Shown: positions 34,413 to 45,400 of the stretch, one piece after another
Layout: the number at the start of each line of letters is the position of its first letter
Position numbering within the stretch: position 1 is the stretch's first letter
Position numbers and translations under genes: made by a program
Notes under the pieces: model-generated
Seen by the model: only the letters and a program-made list of their open reading frames with translations
Told to the model about the DNA's origin: nothing
Database searches by the model: none
Source: an uncultured cyanobacterium
GTDB taxonomy: Bacteria > Cyanobacteriota > Cyanobacteriia > Cyanobacteriales > Nostocaceae
Assembly: GCA_963740315.1 (NCBI GenBank)
Contig: CAVUDP010000001.1
Coordinates: forward strand, 96,001-160,000
Direction: 5' to 3'
Length of the DNA: 64,000 bases

Positions 34413-35041
34413 ACTTTTGTAAACACCGCACGATAAACGGGTTCGCTTTTCTCTAAGGTAAATGATTCTCGTTCCGTTGCAACTGGTAGGGGATTTTCTG
34501 TTAACCATTCTTGGCTTTGTCTTTGAAAAGCAGGATTTTCTGCAAAGCGATCGCACATCTCTACTGCGACAAATTTAACGTCCGATTGTAAAAATACCGT
34601 TCCCCCAGGTGCAAGATAATCTGCTAATTGTGCGACTAATTCCGGTTGCACGACGCGCCGTTTACCATGACGATTCTTAAACCAAGGATCGGGAAATTGG
34701 ATTGTCACTTGTTGTAAAGTTCCTTTTGGTAAGGAAGATAAAAGCGGCTTGACTGAGTTATTCGCATTACAAAATATATTGTGTAAATTTGTTAATGCTA
34801 ATTCCGAGCGTATTTTGTTGGCTGCTTCTACCAAAGGTTCGCGAATTTCTAAACCCAGAAAATTCCACTTAGGTTCTAGCTGTGCCATTTCGATTAAAAA
34901 TTGTCCCCTCGCGCAACCAATATCTAAAAGTAAAGGTTGATTTGTATCTACATAAATTTTTTCCCAATCAATTGGGTTAATTGGTGTTTGATATCTTATT
35001 CCGAATGGATTAACGTGCTGACGAACTCTAACGCGATTCAA
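34409..35041 (-). CDS. trmB: tRNA (guanine-N7)-methyltransferase
   Basis: RVRQHVNP, LDIGCARG, QFPDPWFK, TERE. Confidence 0.95.
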   Translation of the reverse strand: MNRVRVRQHVNPFGIRYQTPINPIDWEKIYVDTNQPLLLDIGCARGQFLIEMAQLEPKWNFLGLEIREPLVEAANKIRSELALTNLHNIFCNANNSVKPLLSSLPKGTLQQVTIQFPDPWFKNRHGKRRVVQPELVAQLADYLAPGGTVFLQSDVKFVAVEMCDRFAENPAFQRQSQEWLTENPLPVATERESFTLEKSEPVYRAVFTKV

Positions 35042-35185
35042 TAGTTTTCTCCTTTTGAATAATCAATTATCAATTATCAGTATTTATAATTCTTAATTCT
35101 TAACTCTTAACTCCTAACTTTTTCCGCGTTATACTCTATTTTAAAAGCGTTTTTTTACACCCTATATAAGATTTTATTTACTTCA

Positions 35186-36286
35186 ATGAGTCTAAATTTT
35201 CGTTTTGCGATCGCTAGCGATTTACACCTTGCGCTTCCCCATACTATTTGGGATCATCCGAGTCGCTTTCATTTGGTGGAAGTTAGTATCCCGGCTTTTG
35301 ATAGTGTATTGGAACATTTGACACAACTGGATTTAGATTTTCTTTTACTACCAGGAGATTTAACTCAACACGGCGAACCTGAAAATCATACTTGGTTGCA
35401 AGAACGTTTAACAAAACTGCCTTTTCCTACTTATGTTATACCGGGTAATCATGATGTTCCGGTTTTTAATGCTAACGAGCAATCGATTGCTTTTAAGGAT
35501 TTCCCGCAGTTCTATCGTAAATTTGGCTACGAAGATTCTCAAAAACTTTACTATACTTGTGAATTACTACCGTCAGTTAGATTAATTGCTCTTAATTCTA
35601 ATAACTTTGACGATCGAGGTAATCAGATCGGACGTTTGGATAACGAGCAGTTGCGCTGGTTGGAAGAAGTTTTAGCTGCTGCTAGCGATGAATTAATTTT
35701 AGTGATGGTTCATCATAACGTAGTCGAGCATTTGCCCAATCAAGCACGTCACCCGATGGCAAGCCGTTATATGTTAGAAAATGCACCCGAATTGTTAGAA
35801 ATTCTGCGACGTTACAACGTTCAATTAGTTTTTACCGGACACCTACATATTCAAGATATAGCTTATCAAGATAACGTATTTGATATCACTACAGGTTCCT
35901 TAGTCAGCTATCCCCATCCCTACAGAATATTAAAATACGATCGGGATAATCGCGGAGAAAGTAGGTTACAAATATCATCACATAAAGTAGAATCGGTATT
36001 TAATTTTCCCGACTTACAGCAAAGTTCCCTTACTTGGATGTGCGATCGCAGTTTTCCGTTCATAGTCAAACTGTTAACTTTACCTCCATTAAATCTCCCC
36101 CAAGACAAAGCAGAAGAACTAGCCCCCACATTGCGAGACTTCTGGGCAAATATAGCCGCTGGAGATGCATTGCTTGAATATCCCGAATTTCCCGAAAAAG
36201 TACGTCACCATTTCGAGAAATACAGCGCACTTACACCCGATGGGCATCGGACTTTTATTGATAATAATTCAACATTGTTGCTTTGA
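35186..36286 (+). CDS. Calcineurin-like metallophosphoesterase
   Basis: SDLH, GDLT, GNHD, HH, TGHLH. Confidence 0.9.
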   Translation: MSLNFRFAIASDLHLALPHTIWDHPSRFHLVEVSIPAFDSVLEHLTQLDLDFLLLPGDLTQHGEPENHTWLQERLTKLPFPTYVIPGNHDVPVFNANEQSIAFKDFPQFYRKFGYEDSQKLYYTCELLPSVRLIALNSNNFDDRGNQIGRLDNEQLRWLEEVLAAASDELILVMVHHNVVEHLPNQARHPMASRYMLENAPELLEILRRYNVQLVFTGHLHIQDIAYQDNVFDITTGSLVSYPHPYRILKYDRDNRGESRLQISSHKVESVFNFPDLQQSSLTWMCDRSFPFIVKLLTLPPLNLPQDKAEELAPTLRDFWANIAAGDALLEYPEFPEKVRHHFEKYSALTPDGHRTFIDNNSTLLL

Positions 36287-36434
36287 GCAGTTAGGAGTAA
36301 TGAATTTTAGATTTTAGATTTTAAATTTTGGATTAAAAGAATTAGGAGTGAGGAGTGATGAATTTTTATTTCTTCCCCCTCTACCCCCTCTACCCCCTCT
36401 CCCCCATCTCCTTGTCTCCCCATCCCCCCATCCC

Positions 36435-37646
36435 CTATTCTTCATTTTGTCGGCAAATAGCGAAAACGGAGGTGAAACCGTGAACGAAGGTACTACCGCC
36501 AACGGGACCGATTTCACCATTGCAGAAAAATCCGCCTAGAGGTATATCTTTGATGTAGCGCCCAAATAATTCTGAATCAAAGTTTGGTTTTTTATAGAGT
36601 CCTTCGCCTCTACCCAAGCAGGAAAACATTAAAGCACCTACAGGGGCTGGAACTGACGCTTGTTCTTGTTGATATTTGTTAAGCAAAAATTCTAAATCTT
36701 GGGCGGAAGTTTGAGCGTCGCGGAGATGGAATTGTAGGCGCTGTCCGGGACGCAGGTAGTCACCAACGGCGATCGCACCGGCTGCGGGGTCTACTCCCAA
36801 TATGTTACGAATTAAGAAGTCTCCTTGCTGTAAATCTTGTTTAAATTCATTCATCGCCACACCTACGAACAAAGAGTTTTGAGCGAGAATTTTTTCTGAT
36901 TCACTTAAATTCGCAATCAAATCGCGCAATAAAATTAATGGAACTTGCTCCTCAATTTCTAAGATTATATTGCGATCGCATTTGCTAATTTGAAGGGGTG
37001 TACCGATTGGGCGGCAACCTTGAGCGACAATTGTATCTAAGGTAATATTGCCGCTTAATGCTACTCCTACGGTACCCTGACGATAAATATCGTTGCAAAA
37101 TAGAGCGATACTATCTCCCATTCCACCACCGCTTGCTTGCCCTCCGACGATCGCCGAACCCGGATAAGCAAAGTCCAAACCTTTTAATAAGTTATTGATA
37201 CCGCCTCCTACGTTGCTAGAAAGCAAAATAAATTGGGGTGTAGGATTCGGAGATACGCCGATCGCATCTATCCAGGCATCAGGCGAACTATCTAAATCGG
37301 GTAATTCTTCACTAACAATATGAAAAGGATGAATATTTACATCTGGTAAATAGGCTAAAGTTAGCGATAAAGCTGCTTCATCTTCAAATTCTTGAACTTG
37401 TCCATAACTGCTTGTACCAATCACACCGCCACCGCTACAGCCAATTAATACGGGTACATCTAATATTCGTGCAAGTAAAGGTAAAAGCCGAGAATACTCG
37501 CTCGTAAAAGCAGATGAGATGAACACCAGTCCGAAATTTGGTTTTGCCGATAACTTCCCTACAGCTTGCTCTACAACTTCGGAAATCGCTGCTTCCAGAG
37601 AAGGTTGGGTTGACAAGGCGTTTGTCCACTGCATTTGGTCTGCCAT
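36435..37646 (-). CDS. FIST N/C domain protein
   Basis: GCSGGG, QGCRPIG, FSCLGRG, GFFCNGEIG. Confidence 0.9.
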   Translation of the reverse strand: MADQMQWTNALSTQPSLEAAISEVVEQAVGKLSAKPNFGLVFISSAFTSEYSRLLPLLARILDVPVLIGCSGGGVIGTSSYGQVQEFEDEAALSLTLAYLPDVNIHPFHIVSEELPDLDSSPDAWIDAIGVSPNPTPQFILLSSNVGGGINNLLKGLDFAYPGSAIVGGQASGGGMGDSIALFCNDIYRQGTVGVALSGNITLDTIVAQGCRPIGTPLQISKCDRNIILEIEEQVPLILLRDLIANLSESEKILAQNSLFVGVAMNEFKQDLQQGDFLIRNILGVDPAAGAIAVGDYLRPGQRLQFHLRDAQTSAQDLEFLLNKYQQEQASVPAPVGALMFSCLGRGEGLYKKPNFDSELFGRYIKDIPLGGFFCNGEIGPVGGSTFVHGFTSVFAICRQNEE

Positions 37647-37969
37647 GAATTACTTTTTATATTTTTATGTTTAAAGCCATTAATTGCATCTTATTGTAGT
37701 TGACTGTAGTGCTGGTTTTATTCTTCTAATATCTGTTAATCCCACCTTTGCTCCGGCTTATCCCAACTTTAATACTTATCACTATAGATTCTACTCAAAA
37801 CTTTGCAAAAATCTTAAAAGTTTAAGTTGAAGGCTCTATGCATACTATTATTTGTTGTATTTTGATAGTACGGTTGCTTACGTGCTGAGTAGCTAGAATG
37901 GTTAATACCATCAAAATTTGCCGAACTTTTTCTATACTTGTATTAACAACAATTAACAAAACTGAAACT

Positions 37970-38191
37970 ATGAGCGACATCAAAGACAAAATCCAAGAAG
38001 AACTCCAAGAGGCACGTACCGTTTGCGATACTTCAGGTACAAACTCCGCTGAGTGCGCTGCTGCTTGGGATGCAGTAGAAGAATTACAAGCCGAAGCTTC
38101 TCACCAGCGTCAATCTAAACCCAAAAACTCCTTAGAAAAGTACTGTGATGAAAATCCTGATGCTGACGAGTGCAGAGTTTACGACGACTAA
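37970..38191 (+). CDS. cp12: Calvin cycle regulator CP12
   Basis: CAAAWDAVEELQA and YCDENPDADECRVYDD; start at ATG 37970. Confidence 0.95.
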   Translation: MSDIKDKIQEELQEARTVCDTSGTNSAECAAAWDAVEELQAEASHQRQSKPKNSLEKYCDENPDADECRVYDD

Positions 38192-38246
38192 AAATTAAGT
38201 TCGTCATTAACGTCTGTTGTTCCACGCCAGCAACAAGAATGTTTAA

Positions 38247-38353
38247 TTGCGGGCTAATTCACCCAACGGAAAAATGCCACGCTGGTTAAAACCATATGCG
38301 GCGTTTTTCCTGTCGGCTTTCAAGCATACCGATCCCAACAAAACCGAGATTTT
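38247..38353 (+). mobile_element. Relic right end of an IS200/IS605-like (ISC) element
   Basis: Closely similar to 39830-39936, with compensatory changes in the terminal hairpin. Confidence 0.7.
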
Positions 38354-38653
38354 ATTCTGAGGTTGTAACCACGGTACATATCCTATAAAAGCCTCAAGCA
38401 ACCAGAATTTGGTTATCAAAGCTTGGGGTTATAGTTTTTAGCTATTCACGGAGTTATCCTTCGATCTTCCCTAATTTTGCACGGGTACAAAGCCAAGTGG
38501 GTGCGGATAACCGTAACCGGATAAAATATTAAATTAAACTTCTTATTCGTTACTTATTCTAAATTTTAAAGAAAATTTGTATATAAATACTTAGCTACTT
38601 TACTTTTCAATACTGGTGTTGGCTAAAGTCTTTAACTGTATATAGGAAAAATT

Positions 38654-39247
38654 ATGAATGATGTTTGGTTTCGCTCGTTAGTTTGGATGGACTATCGTTT
38701 GGCAGTTTTATTTACAGTTCTTATTCCCTTAGTTTTACTTATTTGGGCATTTGTTCAAAAAGCTGAAGCAATCCAACGTCTGTTGAGTATTTACTGGCGA
38801 GTCTCAAGTTTACTGGCAATTACCGTTTACTTAATGATTGGCGGCTTTGGGGTAAGTTTTATTGCCTCTTTAATGGGGCGGATTTTAATTCCAATTTCAT
38901 TATGGTTCTGGATGGACTTGAACGATGAAATTCAATACGGTTCTGATGGAGCCTTGAAGTTTGTTTTTACGTCTTGGCGTTGGGCTACAAGCATTTATTG
39001 TGCTTTAGGCGCACTCTTAACCATCCCTTTCTTAGGTTGTGCTTTTTCCGAAACTACTCTCAAGACTCCTTATTGTAAAGTTTGGTTGGAAGCACCATTA
39101 CTATTTAAAGAGTATTTCCACCCCAACACCAATGCAGGCTTCTTAGGCTTTCTAGGGATTATGGGCTTAATATTCTACGTTCTATGCCTGAGCTACTTTG
39201 TAATCGTTAAACTCGGTAAACAAGGACGTACTGCCGCACCGCAGTAG
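38654..39247 (+). CDS. DUF3177-family membrane protein
   Basis: VWMDYRLA, SLWFWMDLNDEI, GKQGR; multiple TM helices. Confidence 0.8.
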   Translation: MNDVWFRSLVWMDYRLAVLFTVLIPLVLLIWAFVQKAEAIQRLLSIYWRVSSLLAITVYLMIGGFGVSFIASLMGRILIPISLWFWMDLNDEIQYGSDGALKFVFTSWRWATSIYCALGALLTIPFLGCAFSETTLKTPYCKVWLEAPLLFKEYFHPNTNAGFLGFLGIMGLIFYVLCLSYFVIVKLGKQGRTAAPQ

Positions 39248-39423
39248 GGTTCGGGGGTTCGGGGGAGAGGGGGAGAGGGGGTTCGGGGGAGAGGGGGTTC
39301 GGGGGAAGAGGGGGTAGAAGAGAGTTCTTGAGGCAGGGGAAGCTCTTGAGGCAGGGGAAGCAATTAATTATTTATTTTCTTCCTCCGCTTCCTCCGCTCC
39401 CGGAGCTCCCGGAGCAATATCAT

Positions 39424-39511
39424 CTCCTAACTCCTAACTCCTAACTCCTAACTCCTAACTCCTAACTCCTAACTCCTAACTCCTAACTCCTAACTCCTAA
39501 CTCTTAACTCC
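39424..39511. repeat. STRR heptamer array (CTCCTAA)x~12
   Basis: 11 exact copies plus one variant; shorter tracts near 26370, 28160, 35100, 42400 and 51780. Confidence 0.9.
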
Positions 39512-39552
39512 GTGAGCTATCCCCCATGCCCCATTCCCAATAGATAATTCCT

Positions 39553-39825
39553 GTCAGCAACTCAGGGCTTAAGCCACTGAGCTTCAGGCATTGTCTTGAA
39601 GCTCTTAGCTGACCAGATATGCGGTTTCTACGTTTAAGGTAAGTGTTAAAGTTCACAGCGCAGGAATGCGTAGCTAGTTCCGAGCTTCTGTAACTGAGGA
39701 ATTAAACAGGTGTATCTGAGTTAAGCCAGTGTTCTTCAGACGTGCCGACCTTAAACATTGTCGTTACCCTCACGGGTCACTTCGTGAACGCGCAGCGTGC
39801 CCTCTTAGGGCAAGCTAACATCACC
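39553..39825 (+). ncRNA. HEARO / IscB omegaRNA scaffold
   Basis: Ordered motifs GTCAGCAAC..., TGACCAG, CTACGTT, GGAATGCGTAGCTAGTTCC, ATTAAACAG, AACATTGTCG[insert]AAGCTAACATCACC. Confidence 0.8.
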
Positions 39826-39936
39826 GACATTGCGGGCTAATCACCCAAAGAAAAACGCCAAGGTGGTTAAAACCACACGCGGCGTTTTTCCTCTCAGCTT
39901 TAAAAAGACTGAGTTTCCAAGCTACCAGGATTTTTT
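39553..39936 (+). mobile_element. Non-autonomous IscB-type (ISC, IS200/IS605 superfamily) element: omegaRNA plus right end, no iscB
   Basis: GTCAGC left end with hairpin ctcag..ctgag; right-end hairpin; followed by ATGA; no ORF inside. Confidence 0.8.
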
Positions 39937-40230
39937 ATGAGCATTGATAAACGACTTGAGCAATATACTGTTAAACGTCCTCAAGAAGTCTTGTTAGTGA
40001 CGGTGGAAATAAATGGCGATCGAGACGAAATTGCTATTTTTAGAGGATTTTCTAGTTCTTTGATGCGTCCAACTGCTTTCGATCCAGATGTTGCGGTTAT
40101 ATCCCCTCAAGCAAAGATTATTAGTATCGAGCGTTTGAAAAGTCCCTATAATCCCGAATCACCTGAATATATTCAGCAAGGGCTTACTCTTGAAGCTATG
40201 TCTCGCTTACTTACTGAAGTCGATGTGTAA
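39937..40230 (+). CDS. Conserved cyanobacterial hypothetical protein
   Basis: RLEQYT..RPQEVL, IFRGFSSSLM.PT.FDPD, SPYNP. Confidence 0.75.
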   Translation: MSIDKRLEQYTVKRPQEVLLVTVEINGDRDEIAIFRGFSSSLMRPTAFDPDVAVISPQAKIISIERLKSPYNPESPEYIQQGLTLEAMSRLLTEVDV

Positions 40231-40759
40231 AAAAAGAATATTATCTAGCCAAATATTAAATTTACAGTTATATATTATATTTATGTTTTTATGGGGTAAA
40301 TAATACTTCTACTTTAAGTTGATATCGTAAGTAAACTGTCTTAAGGAAGATATGACCGCTTGTTGCCGAATTAATTTTGTGTTTCTAATTGATTTTGCTC
40401 GAAATTCAGTTTGTAGCTATCAAATGCAAGCATAACTAACTGCGTGAATCCGGAGTTTTTGTAAAAAAAATCAAGTCACCTGTACGAATAATGACTAACT
40501 TATGGTAAGTTAATAAAAATAAACATAAGATATTCCAATCAATAAATATATATTTTTCGAGCTAGTCTAAGGTAACTTTTTAATCTAAATAGAATTAGTA
40601 AATATAAAACATTCGCAGGCACGTTCATTATTCACATTTGTTACGCCTGCCGTGAAAGTTGTTTAAGAATCTTGCCCGGATATAGTTAGCCGTTGTGGTG
40701 TTTAGCCAGAAGCGGTGACTAGATCGTAAATCCTAAGTCTCACACTTTCCCCCTCTCTT

Positions 40760-42388
40760 ATGAACACAGCGGTGACTCTACTAACTAAAGAAGCTTCTCA
40801 AGCTCAAAAAGTAGAATTAAAAAAGCACATCAATCGTCAAATGATTGCGATTCTCGATTTTGGTTCTCAATATTCCGAACTGATTGCTCGTAGAATCCGC
40901 GAAACTCAAGTATATTCCGAAGTTCTTTCCTATCGCACCACAGCCGAACAGCTTCGTCAACTTAACCCCAAGGGAATCATTCTTTCAGGTGGACCTAATT
41001 CTGTTTACGATCCGAAAGCTCCCCATTGCGACCCCGAAATATGGCATTTGGGAATCCCGATTTTAGGTGTATGCTACGGTATGCAGCTAATGGTGCAGCA
41101 ACTCGGTGGGGAAGTTACAAAGTCCGATCGCGGCGAGTATGGTAAGGCAGCCTTGTATATAGACGACTCTACAAACTTGCTTACCAATGTTGAAAATGGT
41201 ACTACCATGTGGATGAGTCATGGTGACTCGGTAATCAAAATGCCTTCTGGGTTTGAATTACTAGCTCACACGGCTAATACTCCTTGCGCGGCGATCGCCA
41301 GTCACGAAAAGAAACTTTACGGGGTACAGTTTCATCCAGAAGTAGTACATTCCGTTGGTGGATTCTCGTTAATTCGCAATTTTGTTTATCAAATCTGCAA
41401 AAGCGAACCAACGTGGACAACCGATGCTTTTGTAGAAGAGTCGATTCGGGAAGTTCGCGCTAAAGTTGGCAACAAGCGAGTGCTGTTAGCGCTTAGCGGA
41501 GGAGTTGATTCTTCGACATTGGCATTTTTGATGCATAAAGCAATTGGCAATCAGTTGACTTGCGTTTTCATCGACCAAGGCTTTATGCGAAAATTAGAAC
41601 CCGAACGCTTGCTGAAATTATTTTCAGAACAGTTTCACATTCCCGTCGAATATGTAAACGCCCGCGATCGCTTTATTGGAGCCTTAAGTGGAGTCACCGA
41701 TCCCGAAGAAAAGCGGCGTATCATCGGACACGAATTTATCAAAGTATTTGAAGAGACTTCAAAAGAACTCGGTCCCTTCGATTATTTAGCCCAGGGAACC
41801 TTGTATCCCGACGTAATTGAATCAGCAGATACCAATGTTGACCACAAAATCGGGGAACGAGTAGCAGTAAAAATCAAGAGTCATCACAACGTTGGTGGTT
41901 TACCTAAAGACTTGCGTTTCAAATTAGTAGAACCCCTACGCAAGCTTTTTAAAGACGAAGTTCGCAAAGTTGGAAATTGCGTTGGTTTACCCCAAGAAAT
42001 TGTCCAGCGCCAACCTTTCCCAGGTCCGGGTTTAGCAATTCGGATTCTTGGAGAAGTGACCGCCGAACGGTTAAATATTTTACGAGATGCCGACTTAATC
42101 GTCCGCCAAGAAATTAACCGTAATGACCTGTATAGCGAATACTGGCAAGCTTTCGCAGTATTGCTACCAATTCGGAGCGTAGGTGTCATGGGCGACCAAC
42201 GTACATATGCTTACCCCATAGTTTTACGCATAGTTACCAGCGAAGACGGAATGACAGCAGACTGGGCGCGGGTACCTTACGACGTACTCGAAGTAATTTC
42301 CAATCGCATTGTCAATGAAGTCAAAGGCGTTAATCGAGTAGTCTTTGATATTACATCCAAACCCCCCGGAACTATTGAGTGGGAATAA
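40760..42388 (+). CDS. guaA: GMP synthase (glutamine-hydrolysing)
   Basis: [41 protein letters not shown]. Confidence 0.97.
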   Translation: MNTAVTLLTKEASQAQKVELKKHINRQMIAILDFGSQYSELIARRIRETQVYSEVLSYRTTAEQLRQLNPKGIILSGGPNSVYDPKAPHCDPEIWHLGIPILGVCYGMQLMVQQLGGEVTKSDRGEYGKAALYIDDSTNLLTNVENGTTMWMSHGDSVIKMPSGFELLAHTANTPCAAIASHEKKLYGVQFHPEVVHSVGGFSLIRNFVYQICKSEPTWTTDAFVEESIREVRAKVGNKRVLLALSGGVDSSTLAFLMHKAIGNQLTCVFIDQGFMRKLEPERLLKLFSEQFHIPVEYVNARDRFIGALSGVTDPEEKRRIIGHEFIKVFEETSKELGPFDYLAQGTLYPDVIESADTNVDHKIGERVAVKIKSHHNVGGLPKDLRFKLVEPLRKLFKDEVRKVGNCVGLPQEIVQRQPFPGPGLAIRILGEVTAERLNILRDADLIVRQEINRNDLYSEYWQAFAVLLPIRSVGVMGDQRTYAYPIVLRIVTSEDGMTADWARVPYDVLEVISNRIVNEVKGVNRVVFDITSKPPGTIEWE

Positions 42389-42498
42389 GGAAGTGAGTTA
42401 GGAGTTAAGAGTGAGGAGTTAGGAGTAATTAAAGGTTAAAGGTAAATAGTTATCTGCTTTAAATTTATAACTTTTAACTCATAACTCCTAACTTTTCC

Positions 42499-45400
42499 TC
42501 AAATCGGCAACTTGATCGCAAAACTACTCCCCTTACCTTTACCACGACTGAAAACTTCAATAGTACCTGCGTGGAGTTCGACAATATGACGGCTAATCGC
42601 CAAACCCAATCCTAAACCACCTTTTTTTCTAGTTCCTTCTGCTTGACGATAGCGTTCAAAAACATACGGCAAAAAATCTGGATTAATACCAATTCCCGTA
42701 TCGCTGACAGTAATTTGGGCATATCTAGCAGAATTTAACTTTTGCTGTTCTCCCCCCGTCTCCACGACAGACAATTCTACCTGAATTCGCCCTTCTTCTG
42801 GTGTAAACTTAATGGCGTTGGAAAGTAAATTTCCGAGAACTTGCCCCAAGCGGTTAGAGTCTCCTTGTATTAATGGAAGCGAATCATCAAGGATAGACTC
42901 TATGTAAATTGACTTGACATTTGCAACGGGATATGCAGTGTTGATCGCCCTCTGTACTGTTTCAATAAGATTAATTTGAGTTAGATCGAGATGTATCGTT
43001 CCTCGGAGAATTCGAGACATATCTAATAAGTCTTCGAGAAGTTTGGCTTGGGATTTAGCATTGCGTTCGATAGTTTCTAAAGCGCGAGTGGTGGCGGTTT
43101 CATCGAGGTTGCGAGTTCGTAATAATTTTGCCCAACCGAGAATAGAATTTAATGGCGATCGCAAATCGTGGGATACCATTGCGACAAAATCATCTTTGGC
43201 GTTGTTAGCTGCTTCGGCTGCGGTACGAGCAGTTTGTTCGCGTTGCAAAAGCTCGCTACGTATAGCTTCTAACTGTTTGAGTTCGTGAATATCGGTATTG
43301 GTGCCAAACCATTTTAAAATTTTTCCCTGCTCGTCTTTCATGGGCAATGCTCGGACTAGAAACCAGCGATACATCCCGTCGCAGCGACGATAGCGCATTT
43401 CCGCTTCGTAAAGTTCGCCAGTGGTTAGCGATCGCTGCCATATATGTCTGACAGATTCTGCATCTTCTGGATGCAATAATTCTAACCAGCCAAAATTCAT
43501 TGCTTCTTCAATCGCTTGTCCGGTATATTCAGTCCAGCGCTGAGAAATATACTCGCATTCTCCTTGTGGGTTGCAACTCCAAACTATTTGCGGTATTGAT
43601 TCGGACAAAAATCGATAGGATTGTTCGCTTGAACGTAATTCTAATTGGGCTTGTTTGCGCTCGCTGACATCTAAAATTAAACAAACGCTGTAGCCTTGTG
43701 TTTCTCTACCTTCAATACAGGCGATCGCTAATAAAACAGGAATACGAGTTCCGTCTTTTGCCAAATACTCTTTCTCGAAAGGCTTGCAAACTCCACCAGT
43801 TTGTATTTCTTGCATTTTTTGCTCGTCGAGTTGGGAATATTCCGGTGGAGTCATCCGATTCCAATACAAGGAACCATTTTCTAAATCTTCGCGAGTATAG
43901 CCAAAGGTTTGCAGAAAAGAATCGTTGGCTTCAAAAATTTTGCCGCTAAAGTCGCCGAAATAAATACCAACAATATTTGATTCAATAACACGCCTAAATT
44001 TGGCTTCACTTTCACGTACTTTTTCTAGGGCTTGTTTGCGCTGGCTAATATTTAGAACAAAACAAACGCTGTAGCCTTCTGCTTCTCTACCTTCAATACA
44101 GGCGATCGCTGTTAAGACAGATACGCGAGTACCATCTTTACGAACATATTGCTTCTCGAAAGGGGTACAAACTCCGTTGGTTTCTAATTCTTCCCTTATT
44201 TGCGGAATCATTGCTTGGGATTCGGTTCCCACAATCATTTGATTCCAGTTGAGCAAACCAGCTTCTAAATCTTCGTGATTGTAGCCGACTATCTCTAAAA
44301 AAGCATCGTTGGCTTCATAAATTTTGCCGCTAAAGTCACCAAAGTAAATACCAACAATATTGGATTCTATAATCCGCTTATATTTAGCTTCACTTTGGCG
44401 TAATGCGGTTTCAGCTTGTTTGCGATCGCTAATATCCGTTATCGAACCAACTACCCGCACCGGGCTTGATTGTGCATTACGCACAACGGAACCTCGATCG
44501 AGTACGTAGCGATAATCGCCTTCTTTGTGACGCACGCGATACTCGAAAGTATAATATTCTTGATTTGCAAGAACAGCTTGTAAAGGTTGGAATAAATTAT
44601 TTTTATCTTCAGGATGGACTAACTGCATCCACCATTCAATTGTTGGTTCTATTTCTTCTAAAGAGTAGCCCAAAATAGAAGTTAAACCTTCAGTTCTAAT
44701 AATACTATTAAAAGTAATATCCCAATCGTAAATTACAGAGTCAACCGCACGGGATGCTAGTTGAAAGCGCTCGTTGCTAGAGCGTAATTCTTCTTGAGTT
44801 TGTTTGAGATTGGTAATATCAACTACCGTACCTATAATTTGACGTGGTGAGCCAGCGCGTTGGGGAGACACTGCGTTGGGGAGACACGGGTTCCCCGACT
44901 TGAAGCAAGTGTCGTCGGGTTCCCCGACTTGAAGCGACTGGCGTTCGCGCAGCGTCTCCCGATAGGGAGATACCCGTAAGGGTGAAGCATCGGGGTTTCT
45001 GTTAAACACCGTTTCTCTACCATAAAACCAACGCCATTCACCGTCTTGGTGTCGCAGACGATATTCAATTCCTAGAATTTCCCCATCTGCGGCTGAATCA
45101 AATCTTTGTTGTAATTCGGGTATCCGCGCTAAATCCGAAGGGTGCATGATTCGAGGAAATAATTCTTTTCCCATATCCTGAATTTCTGCGGGTGTATAAC
45201 CCAAAAGTTCGCCGATTTGATTATTTACATAGACATTTTGCTGCTCTACTAAATCGTAAACGTATAATAGTCCCGGAGTCGTATCGGTGATGCTTTCGAT
45301 AAATTGCTTATTTTTTTGTAACTGTTGTTCTGCTTGCTTATTTTCGGTAACATCTCGCCAAGAAGCAACAAACCCATCTCCTAATTTAGTAGCGCGAATA

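Noticed and set aside
36314..36539. ORFs 36314-36520 and 36348-36539
   Set aside because: Translations of STRR-type G/C-rich simple repeats overlapping the FIST gene end.
37898..37969. N-terminal extension of CP12
   Set aside because: Canonical CP12 begins at MSDI (37970).
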